Assembly: GCA_040954595.2 (NCBI GenBank)
Contig: CM082585.2
Coordinates: 4,365,358-4,429,357, forward strand
Direction: 5' to 3'
Length of the DNA stretch: 64,000 nucleotides
DNA from: Balanoglossus misakiensis
Lineage: Eukaryota; Animalia; Hemichordata
Below, in pieces: positions 1 to 12,600 of this stretch (positions within the stretch are counted from its first letter, which is position 1; the number at the start of each line of letters is the position of its first letter). The position numbers were made by a program, and so were the translations under genes. The notes beneath the pieces are model-generated. The model was given only the letters and a program-made list of their open reading frames with translations, had not been told where the DNA came from and ran no database searches.

Positions 1-437
1 TATTGACTTGCTCTGAGGGTAACAGCATCGTGTACTTTTGGTTTCCGAGGGACTGTGAGTCACTCCAAAACAGTATGTTTCCAAAGGCCAAAGGCCGAGA
101 GAAACTACTGTTTTGGAACGACTTACTGACACAGGCCGACAGGACACACGCGTGTGATGTTACATGAATGTGGCAAGGAAATATGTGTACATGTTTTATA
201 ACACAATTCATCCGAAAATAGCACTTAATCGGGAAATTTCTCCGCAGTTACCAAGTTGGCTGCAGACCAACTCGCCATCGCCATGCATCACATCGATCGT
301 CATCTTAGTTTTCTTAAGCGTGAGTTCGTATATAGATGGTGCATCTCAACTTGGCCAGGCAACAGTTTTTGGAACTGTCGTCTGTCATGCACTTTAGAGA
401 ATGAGAGCACAGATTATGGATTAGATGTGCTATAAAA
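1..437. mobile_element. Degenerate hairpin-plus-short-IR element (hairpin part also in copy B at ~31550-31715)
   Basis: Arms ccaaaacagta/tactgttttgg around a GGCCAAAGGCCGAG apex. Near-IR ttttataacaca (~194) / tgtgctataaaa (426-437). Confidence 0.45.
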
Positions 438-671
438 CAAGTTATTCCCACCAACAATGTCATTGTCTCCTGCATTGTTAAAATCATATTTACGTCGCCA
501 AGGTTTGGATTGGTGGGTGGGTTTGTGGGTATATGTCTGTTATGCACCATCAGGGAATCACACTATGTTAAGCACAATTCGTTAAAACCTGTTTAAGCCA
601 TAAGCTGTAGGAGTATGCGAGATCATTCTTGGCGAAAATAATTTTCCAATTCAATCAATGTACTCACTCAC

Positions 672-3600
672 CCGCATACAGAGTCATATTCAAATGTATA
701 TTCAATTGGTAAGGCACAGCGACATACTTGGCCAAAAAGCCAGAACCGTCTCCAGATTCCAAACCAGAAAACTCCACATACATGGTAGAGCTGGCTGAGA
801 TGATGTTGCTAGGTCGTTTGTTTTCACAGAATGTACCGTAAAGAAAGGCTTCCGAGGGAGTTTCAGAGTTGTAAACCTTCAGGTAATTATTAACACAATT
901 CGGATCGAGATTGTGTCCGACGCTGAAGTGAAGGAACGTCAACTCGATGACGTCACCCTCGGGGACCCGGATACTCCAACTGCACTTGGAATCGGGTGGG
1001 TTAGGATGCGGGTAACTGATCGATTGGAAGTATCCGCAATTCGTATCCAAGTTGAAGTGGTGATCACACGTGGATAATCCCATCCCATGACCTGGACAAT
1101 CTGAAATGAGCAACATTTCACAAAGCAATAGTACAATATCGATTGCATGGACCTCGCCACGCATGTGTTTGAAGAGTTTAAAGTATGAACTGTAGAAGTC
1201 TTACCTGTTGTGTAGTAATGTGCACTAAACCCTCTCCCAATTCTGTCTTCATCAGAAAAGAAAGTTACGGTTAAAATATTCGATGCCGACGATATTAAAG
1301 GAATGTTTGAGCCACAGAATTTTGCTAGTAGTTTGTCTTCATCGGGCATTGTGTCGTTGTACAAGGCAACATAACTTGAACACAGGAGTTGACCATCAGC
1401 TTCCATACCAGGTACATCAAAAGGGTCGAAGGCCAGATGAATAAAGGATCCTTTTGGCGCTATTATTGTCCACTTGCAAAAGCTGTTCGGGTAATATTTG
1501 GTGGCGCCTGTTGCAAAATTTGTTGTGTAAAAGGTTCCTTCCGATTCGCTGAATATGGCTTTTGTTCCACAACCCGAACATTCTTCTGAAGAACAAACTG
1601 AAAATTTCGATAATATTTCACATGGGCAAATATTACATCTTCAATTAGTTACGTCTTCCATGGTTTCGTTTTGGAGTATAAATTATACTTCCTTATTTAT
1701 ACCTGGATTTAAATTAAACACCCGCTATTCGACTGTATATGTTTGTTATTGTTGTTGTTGTTGTTCTTGTTGTTGTTCTTGTTGTTGCTGCTGCCAGAAC
1801 ATATTTTCTGACACAGTTTCTTTCCTATGCATTCTGCATTTATTGTTATCTTTAAACGAACAAAAGTGTTTACTACCTTTTGCAAACACATCACCATTTT
1901 AAAATCAAAGCCGGAGGGCAAATATAAATCTATATATATTCTATTTTAAGAAAACACCGTATTTTGTCCAGACGAGCTTGAGCACAGTATATAGCTTTAC
2001 TGGGTACACACTTTTATCAAGCTTCTATTAAAGCAAATACAAAATGACGTAAAATGCCACATACATGTTTGAAGTATCGCCTGTAGAGGGATTCTGTACG
2101 CGCCTGGTGGCCGGTTTATGTACTCAGTGGTAACCGTCTGCCCAGGAAGCAGATTATCAGCTATCGGTGACAACAAGACATTCTCGATTTCGCATGAAGA
2201 GCAGGCATAGCATCCTTCACGATGCCGGAGATGATGTTTAGTTGGGTAAAATATACCTGAAAATGAAAAAACAAACAAAACAAAAATGTTTATCAGAAAC
2301 ATGATTAACTCCATTGATATGTAAGCAACTATCCCAGGCACGATCAGACTAAGAAGTATGATTTAAGGTGGCATTGCATGAAACCGTCGAGACTTTTTCA
2401 GAGGCCTATTTCTCATCAAAGACAACGTTAAAACCCACATAAACCATATATATATTCTGGAAGCTGAGTTTTTGAACTTTTGTTTGAGTTGCATATATTA
2501 TTGATGCCCGGAAATGGTGGCGTTTTTGGGTTAGAAAAACCTATTTTTTGATTTTATGTCGTTCAATTTAATTTATGTAAAAAAGTTGGCCATGCATCAT
2601 GCATCTTAAAGGGACAAAGTCTCTCTCTCGCTGCCCTTTTTCCATTAATTATATTTGATAAGAGACAACGTTTGTTATTCTACAAGTGGATATATAGTGA
2701 ATGACCGTTCAACCACACACAACTTCCATCCCTCTTATAGACAGGAGAGTGAAAAAACTCGCCAAAATGAATAATCGTTCTTTACCATTTAGTCATTTTG
2801 GGCGAGTTTTTACTCTCATATCCTTCAAACGAGATGGAAGTTGTGTGTGGCCGAATGTTGATTCACCATATATCCACATGTAGAATATAACATAAACGGC
2901 GTCTTGTATCAAACAGAATTAATGGGAAAAGGCCAGCGAGAGAGAGACTTTGTCCCTTTAATATGTCATTCTAAACTAGAGTACACGTGCAAAAAACGGT
3001 CATTTTGTTTTGTGTTATCTGCTTCCATTGAGGAGTAACAACGTTTGAAAGTTAGATTTTTAGAAAATGTGATCAAATTCACGGTGAGTTGTATTGAATC
3101 AGAGTTTTATTCACGCCAGGGACCTTTATCGACTAAAAATACCGTTTTGTTGGATGGGTCATACACAATCCCCTGTTAAAATTTGAGCAAATCCGGCCAA
3201 CGCAGAGCGAAGCTAAATTCTTCTGAAGTTGTCAAGAGCAGCGAAAATGCAAACTGAGAAAAAGGCCATTTGCATTGTTGACACCTATTTGTTAAGCTGT
3301 GGACTCATTCAGAAAAGTGCTATTTTGGGTGATTATGCACCATTTCCGCCAAGAAGTATTAGTCAGGATGTGGATCAGTATTATACCTACCGCTTTATGT
3401 AAAAAAGTAAAATTTGGCAAAAATCACAACTTTTCATGCAATGCCACCTTAAAGAATTGACATTATTTTAATATGTACCTTGTTGTCACACCATTCGTCA
3501 CCTCAGCTATTTAACATACTGACAGATAGTAATGTCTCCACAACTATTAATTGTTTTCTATCAAGCTAAATATGATGACTAAGAGAGAGTTAATAATATC

Positions 3601-6600
3601 GTATTGTCCTACTCAATGATTGGAATCCATAAGTGGAAAATAAATGTATTATATAATATCTGCACATGCACAGATGTTGCATAATTTAAAGCCCACTTTC
3701 TCGACAACGCCACCAACGACCAGTTGTCACTCACATATTTTAACCAGTTAAAAATGTTTAACCTTTCATCAGCTTTCTGTCGGCTGTGATCAGTACAAGG
3801 CAAGATGAATTTGAATCACGAGTTAATGTGTTTACAAATGGAACATGGAGGCCAATCAAAACATTGTGTCATGTCACGATAAGCCCTCCAATGCCCGACA
3901 GTCATTCACGAAATTAAAAGGATTTCTCTTACCAATAAAATCGCCAGGCACAAAAGAAAGGCGTTCGCCATCAGGAACATCAAATGTCGTTATTCCGCTC
4001 TGCCCATTTGGGACCAAAATTTCATTCTGTCCAACCAAACTGAAACGGTTACCAATTCTTTGATTACGGCGATAAATTCCTGGGTAAAAGATAAGGCTGT
4101 CCCCTTCTCCTAGAGTTAAGTTGACCCGCCACTGTTTAATTTTCCCAAGACACGGTAACTTCATCGTTTTGTCTATAACGACCATCGCTCCGTCTATCTC
4201 AGTGTCCACACCGTAATCGAGATTACTCTCGCCAATTGAATCCGGACAATCGAGTAAGTCTGGATAGCATGGATAAAATGAGAGTTATTAGATTACTGGT
4301 TTTACTATTTTATGTGCCATTTACGAAAAGATTGAAGTATCTAGCCCACCGTGATACAAAAATCAATGTTAAACTGGATGTCATTTCCTTTGAGATTACA
4401 ACAGTCTGAAAAGATTGTGTTTTTTCATTCAGAATAGGTCAAATCGAATTTCTGTTTTCGTCGCAGTCTAAACATGCATAAGATTGGCAATTATTTCAAA
4501 ATATGAAATTCGTTCCTGTTCACTTTCAAAGTTTCCACCCACCTGTTGGCAACACAACAAGATGAAACACGGTTAATAGATAAACTTCATGTTTGGTAAA
4601 TTTGATAACCATAATATCGCTGCCACTGTACACAACCTAAAAGTTACAAAACGGTAAGAATCAATGTCAACATGAAGCTACCCTCGCCTTGAATTAGGAT
4701 GTGGTCATTTTGGGCTCAAAGGCACAATGTTCGCATTGCCTGGTGTGTGCTCCAGTGAGCAAAGCACACGGGGGCATGTAATTGCGAAACTACCAGTTGA
4801 AAGATATTAAAAACAAATAATGTAATTTGCTGGCTGAACGATTGATCACCTTAATACACTATATAATAATATTTTACCTGAAAAGTGCGTTCGTTACACA
4901 ACGGCTTAACATACAATAAACCGTACCCACAATTAAAATATTATATTTACCTCGGAAAAACTTTCTTCGTCTCCACAGATAATAGCAAGTTGATCATACT
5001 CGGTGTTGTATGCGTCAGTTATTTCTAGATAATCTATCTTACAGGATGGGGGCGTGCAGTCGCCAACGCGACTGTAGTATTCAACAAACAATGTAATTGT
5101 GAATCCTGTGTATTGAAGTGAAGGAAAGAATATTTCTCGACAAGAATGCCAAAATGACAACATTGCAACGCTTTTTAGGCAATTTAATGTAGCACAGTTT
5201 TACGGTATACAATGTATGCAAATTAGAGCATAATGCCACATGCATGCCCCTACTTACTTTGAGCGTTCGTGTGCAAAGAATAAGACATTATAAGCTTATC
5301 CAACAATACCTCGTGAATTATTTATTGTGTTAGTCTCAATTCACAGGCTATAAAACAATTACATGTACATCTCCACCGTCTAACACACAATCCTGCTCCA
5401 TTGGTTGTATGGACCACACATAGAAGCTTAAGATCGTCAAAAGAATTCAGCCATATGTTGCAACATTTCCATCACCACTAGAACCAGGTATGTCACTTTG
5501 CATAGTTGGCATAAATTAATTATCTTTGACAATGTACAAAACTTCTATGCTACCACGATTTTTTTCTGCCTTGTATTATATTTTTTTCAAATAATTACCA
5601 ACCCACCTTTTGGAACGATTACTGTCCAGTGACAAAGTAGCGTTGTTCCAGGTCTAAAACTAATCAGACCGATATCGGACTTCGAGAGGTACAGTGTTTC
5701 ATCTACATTGCACTTGTCATCGAATACTGAAGGTGGAAACATAACGAGTTGAAATTTTAATAACATCAACATATACATCATAAAATGTTAGGATACAGAT
5801 TTACGAGTTTAAAGTAAACAACCGAAATAATAATTTCTTAAAGTTAGACATAACGAGTTGAAAGTAACCAACACATATATGTAATAAAAGTGGAACGATT
5901 GTGCAGCAAGCCATAAACAATTTCCGCTCATTGCGAGATATTGCGAGACTTGAATAAATACCGTGGCATCTTGTTGCTAGCTAAGAAGTAGAAATCAAGC
6001 TTTGTTTTTCACAAAAAAATAACATAATGGACCATGTGTTGTTTGTCATGTGCCACGTGAGAATGTCCTCCCATATTAACTGCCTAGCCTTGCCAGATGT
6101 CGCAGGGTCTCGTAGCATGCATTTAGCACGATGGGAAACGCGCGAGAGTATGATTCTCGCTGGAGGACGACCAACATCTGAGATGAAATGACTGGAAAGG
6201 GTAGGTACTTACAAATACACGTATCTGAGAACGATGGACTTGTGTAGGTAGTGTCGACTTTTCTAATGCATGCCTCGTCACAATCAGCGTTTCCACCATT
6301 CGGAAAAAGACAGTATTCCACTCCTATACGGGGTGCAATAACCGTTCAAATATAGGTAGTTAAAACATATTATTACATATGTACCGTCGATTACTTGCAC
6401 CGAGCGCGCGCGTAACATCGGTACTTGCACTCAGTGCAATACCAAAAACATTATGCCATACCTGTATGCAAATGAGTGGCCTGTTCACGAAACAAGCAAT
6501 ATCATTCCGCGGTCTCATTTCTTTCATTTTCGGTCTTTTTTCAAAATGGGATGAACATATGTAATAAAAACAGAACCCCATGTCTCAATCGTGCCAGCAC

Positions 6601-9600
6601 GGCGTAACGGTAGTATTTGCACTCGTGCTGGCGGTGTATTCTTGCTGCCCCCGAACTCGCTGTCGCTCGTGCGGGGGACGGGCGCAAGAATACACCGCCA
6701 GACACTCGATGCAAATACTACCGTTACGCCGTGCTTGCACGATCGAGCCATGGGGTTCTGTCATATTCTCAACATTGCAACTTGTTGTTTGATGCAACTA
6801 TCGTTCAATAAGTCGTTATCAACATGCACACATTTTCCACAAATAATTTCTTATTTCAAACCAGAAAAAAGCTCAAAGACCCACGGCCTTCCTAGAAAAG
6901 TCGAAATTACAGCGCATATCTTTGTAGCCACAAAGTCACATGGACGTCTAACAGCTCTTGCACGTACTGTTAAGCTCAAACATGGTTATTGCATACATAA
7001 TCATCAGCGCCCATGCTGAGTGATTAGTATGCGCTAGATGGCCGCCAAATTGTATAAACCCTTTCACCACCATGCGTGGTTTTATCCAAAACCATAGCAT
7101 TCTATGGTATAGTTTGATTGCTAAAGGGGAAATTGGGTAAAAGGATTAAAATAAATGTGTCAAGTCAATAAATCAATGTTTCACTAACCGGCACAGTGTG
7201 TTCGCGCATTTCCTATGTACCGATAATCCTTCGAGAAACAAGGGCAAATCAGATGACCCAGCTTGCGTCTGCAAATTTCTTTACAGCCGACATTAACCAT
7301 TGGAACCTTACAGTCATCCATCGAATCTATAACAAAAATGATGACCATTCCCCGTTACCGAAAATGACCTTACATTCCCTGTTTGTCTGTTTGTCTTCAA
7401 TTCGATTCCGTTTAATTTGCCTTCTCAGGCTTTGGTGCGTACAGCACCACCTCTTCACATGTATTGATTAATTAAAGTGTGCATACTGATTTCCGCATTG
7501 CCTGTCAACAATGTCGGTAGCATCCTCCAAAAATTCACCTTAAATTCATTTTACATTGTTGCTTCAATATTGTATTTTTATGGTTGTAATCATTTAGTAT
7601 GGGCAACATTATGGCAATGTGGAATTCGTTCATTAATGGGAATATTAGACCAATTGAAAACGATTCGGGCATTAGCATTCAAATGATAGTACAGACGTTG
7701 CATTACCTGTGGCCTGTTCGCAAATGTAATTCTTCGATTTGAAACAGTAATCGTCATCCAGCCAATATGCGAAAGGGCGATCCCTATGAAAGCATAATTC
7801 AAAATAAAACGATCAACATAAACCACAACGGTCACCACTAGCTAAGTCTAAGGTAACGCTGCAACCACTGTGACGTCATCCTGTTGGTGTACTCAATCAA
7901 TCTGACATTTCGTTTGGGTGGCTTTTCTTGTGTGGCACAATAGATGAAACATGACATCAAGTAGAATAACAATGTATAAACTGAATATCGTCACGTGACG
8001 GACATTTTGGCGCGTCCATTCCTTGATCGGGCACACAGAAAAACATGATGACATAAACTCACGTGATTGATCACGTGAAGTATGAAAGTCCCTGTGCTGT
8101 TAAAATGACATTTGCGATTTTCCGACGTTGGTCTCGTGCAAAGGCGTGCGAAATAAGGACATGCACTGTCCCACTAAAGTCACCCTTTGTAAATAAAACA
8201 CTACGTACAAGAACAGCTGAAGACATGGACCATTTCCAGTCGGCTCGTAAGCGCCCCACTCCAAATTGTCATTGTTTGTAATCGTTCCATCTAAAGTTTG
8301 CACTTCTCGAGTGGCGTAATTAGAAACTCTTCCGTCGAGCCAAAAATCGTCGATATTATGCACTGCTATGACGAATGATTTCATCTGTTCAAGTTTATGC
8401 AGATCTGTGATTTTGACTAAATTCATGCCGAGGCTCTGACACGATAACACAGCATCATAATAGCTCTTTTCTTCTGTAAACAGTACGAGCTTTGGGGTAC
8501 CTGTAATGAAAGTCAAGTCAAGTCAGAACCAGTCATGTTTTTTTTCTTGACCATGTAAGTCTGTGTTTGTTGAACTCAACCCAGAACCTATGGCTTAAAG
8601 GTACCAATTTAGGCCCCGGGCAAAGGTGTCGATGCCCAGTGGACATATAAACGAAGTGTTCACATCCCATCACTAAAATATGTGATAAAGCTTCATATTA
8701 ACATGACGTACAGGCGAATGAACAATGGGGGCCACCACAAACCCTTTTCTCCCCCTCAGGCAGTTTTCACACGTTTGTCATGATATCAGTTTGATATTTA
8801 ACATGGCTTGTGAAAATTTTCACATTCTCTTTATTAAAATATAGGATTAGCTTTTCAAACCAGTGTTCATTTCCCGCGAATTGCATATAGTGCTGTGCAT
8901 CTCATTCACATATATTCTATTGTTTGAGAAACATTCAGACACTGCCAATGTTGTCTTTCCCACCAACTCTTTATTTTGGCAGTTTTGATGTGAACTTTAG
9001 CCATTCAGTGTGGCGATATTTCTAAGCTAACAGTCCTGCAATATTGATATAATATTCTTAATATTACCCTGTTTTGGGTAACCCTCTCTCTCATAATTCA
9101 ACTTGTAAGGATGTGATTCTTGTCTATAGAAGCGTATTGAAGCCAATTTCTCAAGTAAAAAACGAAATAAAAAATCTTTAAATTAAGCAATTTGAATGTC
9201 TTAGTACGACAGAAAGAAATCGTCATTACAACCTTTTAAAATTAGTATCGCGTGCGTCTGATTCTCGTTAAACTACGGCGGTTTAAAATCTCCATTTTTG
9301 AGATAAAGATGACTGAAGGTTTCTTCGCCTTGCTGTACGGAGATCATTATTTTCAAACTTATCACCACAAGACTATGACAGATGCAGATAGACTAAATGT
9401 TTTCGGTTAATAGATGGTGTAACCGTGAGAGGCTCCTGACATGAGCTCGTAAGTGTTAAGGCTGCGCCATAGGATTCTGCAGACAGACTTTTCTGAACAT
9501 CTATCGTGTTCGAAGTAAAACACAAATTAAATTACTTACGCACGCATTTCCTGCCATCCATATGCAAATAATATTCTCGGTAACAGGCACAGTAGAACGA

Positions 9601-12600
9601 TCCTGGTGTGTTTACGCATATATGATCACAAGTGCTGTTGATTTCTTTTAGTTCACATTCGTTTATGTCTGTAAGGAAACACAAAATATAACTTGTTTTT
9701 GGCATTCCCAGTGAAAGCGGAGATCCACGCATGTTCGAAACGATTACGAATTAGGGTATTTCCTTGGCTAATTACGACTGGCCGTAAAACACGAAATAAG
9801 GCTACTATACCATCCAGTGAACTGATTAAAACACCGATCGGATATTCCCAAATCACCACAGAGGTAACGTTTGTGTCGCCTGATTTCAAAACCGGTTCAA
9901 ATTCAATGTTTCAACCTCCAACCTTTGTCTGGTCTGAGTTGAAAATGTCTGGTGACTGTACCAGAATTACATGACAAACGTGCTGCATTTGACGTAATTA
10001 AAAATACACTCTTTAATTGGTTTATCGGGCAAGAACGGCGCTTTCCTAACCTTCGCACATGTTCTCTTCTTGTTCCTGGTAACCATCACAACAAAAACAT
10101 CCTCCTGTTTCCATGGCGCCGCACAATGTTGTGTTACCATCGCTACAGTTGTTTCTATCTGAAAAATCAAAGTGGTGTTGTTTCGCTCATTTTTTTGTCT
10201 ATATACAATCAATGATGCACCACATACTCCTTCGTGTATATATGATAAACTACATCATCCTTTGCATCATGTTTGCGATGTAGATTGTTCGGTATGAGGA
10301 CTCTTACGTATGGATATTTGCCACCATGGTTGGTCTCTGAAACCGATTTGACAATAAATAGTTTAATACGTTTGTATAAACATAACCGAGGTATGTTACA
10401 ACTTTAAAAATAAAAATGGCCGCTCACATTTAAAATGACACGCTTAAATCGCTCAACAAGTGCTTAAAATTCATCAAGCGTTCAGTTGTATCAGAAGGTA
10501 AGGTTTTCTTTGTGTTTTAGATTTTCTGATCTGATGTGGCAAAATCATATAGCAATAATACGAAATCAAATACATATAAGATAGTTGAACATTGTCAAAT
10601 AACCTGCACCATAGACATCCACTTCGCAAAGAGTCAGATGATCCCGGCGTGGTAGCACAACACTAACATATCTTCCCACTGTTTTTCCTTGGCAATTCAT
10701 GACATGACGTCCTTTAGTAAAGCCGCCCACGGGAGTACCGCAGATTGGGTTGTCCTGTGGTTTAACATGATTCCCAACATGCACTTCTGCTCGGGCGAGA
10801 CGTTCCGCTGATGAAATAAAAATCAACGGAAACAACTATTAAAACACGACAAGCAATGGCCGGCCAAGGGCTAAATTGATTAGATCTCAAACAGAAATGG
10901 TTTGTATAGCTTAATGCATTATCGGACGATGATAATAGTAAGACAAATGGTAATACCTGGTTTGAAATATTTTGGTATAAAATCTACAGCCCTGTAGTCA
11001 ATATCCACCAAGAATAAAGCAAACAAGGGCAGGGGACCAGACTATGTTCAAGCCGCTTTGTACGCACGCGCGTGTACTTACGGCAGCAGCCTTCCCTGTT
11101 CGTAATGTCCACTCTGAATATTTGATACTCAATTTGCAAATCAACTCGCCACCAAGGCTCATACTCGAACTTAGTGAAGGTGCAGCTATCACGAAACATA
11201 TCACTCTGATGATTTCCGTCCACAGCGTTTTCGGCCTCACCGTATTCGTATTTTGTACTGCTTTGTGTGGCCGCTTGTCCGACTGCAATACCTTGAACTA
11301 TAAAACAATGAAGGAAACCACCTTGTTATTGTTGAAAATAGAATTCAAGTCAGAACTTAAATTCACTTATTAACAATAATAACGGGCATTGCTCATATAC
11401 AGGAGTTATTGAGAATGAACCTAAATGCTGAACATTTCATCAGGGTAGACAAATAAACCAGAGTTGATACTTGGGAGGAGATTTCTGAAAAAAAAGGTAT
11501 AGCCAAAAATTACAATTACTGTGGTTTCCATTCTGATAACAACACATTGAGAATTCCCCATAAAATTTGCAAATGTAAATTATGACCCTCCCAAAAGGCA
11601 GATATCGTAAGTATGTCCCACCCTAAGTTTTCCTCGGCCCGTCCCCTCTTAATTACTGAGGGCTCCCTAACCCTTAAAGATATAATGATACGAATATTTC
11701 AATACCTTCACAGTTCCACTCATCAGAACCGTCCAAGCAGTTCTCGTTGCTGTCGCAGACCCAAGTCCATGACACACATCCACCGCTGCTGCATTCGAAT
11801 TCATCTGCTGTACACTCTGTTCCAATGTCAAATTGAAAAAAAAATACTCACAAATTACGCATGCACTATTTGCACGCAGAATAACACAAAACAACAAACA
11901 AAAATCGCTATCTTATTATAAACAAGGCCTACATTTCTACGCATACTGAAGAGTTTCCTCAGCAATTGTTGCCTGGCAATTTGTTTTCATTGGTATCGTC
12001 TGAACACTACTGTGACAATAGTCTTTACCATCATTGCGAAGGAAGATTTAACTTTATAATATAACATTCTTTTCTAATTAGCACGAAACATACGTCCAAT
12101 GAACATATGTACCAGCCGAATTGTTTATTCGTTTTACCTCCGCAAACTTTCTCGTCTGATCCATCAGGGCAGCGTTGCTCGTGATCACAAACCAATCTGG
12201 TAAATAGGCAATTGGTGGCATTTATGTTGCATCGGTAATATCCAAACTCATGACACTCTGTGAGGAAAACCATTCGGATACGAGTTAAAGGTATACGGTC
12301 ACCTCCGATTTAAATACGCCCATATATGGCTGAAATGGTGTTTTCGAGTGTTCTAAAGAACATGTGATGGCGCTCTTTTTCGCGTGTGTCACTCACTGAA
12401 AATCTGCGATTGGCTAGATCTCAATTCGCTATGGGAACTGTACCTAAATTTGCATAGGTGACCGTATATCTTTAATGGCATAATAACTCGGTTGAAACAA
12501 GATTGGATAGGATTTGTAACTGTACATGTAAGGTGTGGCTGTTAATGAAGACGGCGCGGTCATACAATACCACGACCTTGAAGGATTTGTGATGAATAAC

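Noticed and set aside
231-240. GGGAAATTTC as an NF-kB site
   Set aside because: Imperfect match, inside a repeat remnant and not conserved in copy B.
6524-7019. Cluster of overlapping ORFs on both strands
   Set aside because: Explained by a GC-rich palindrome, with no protein features.
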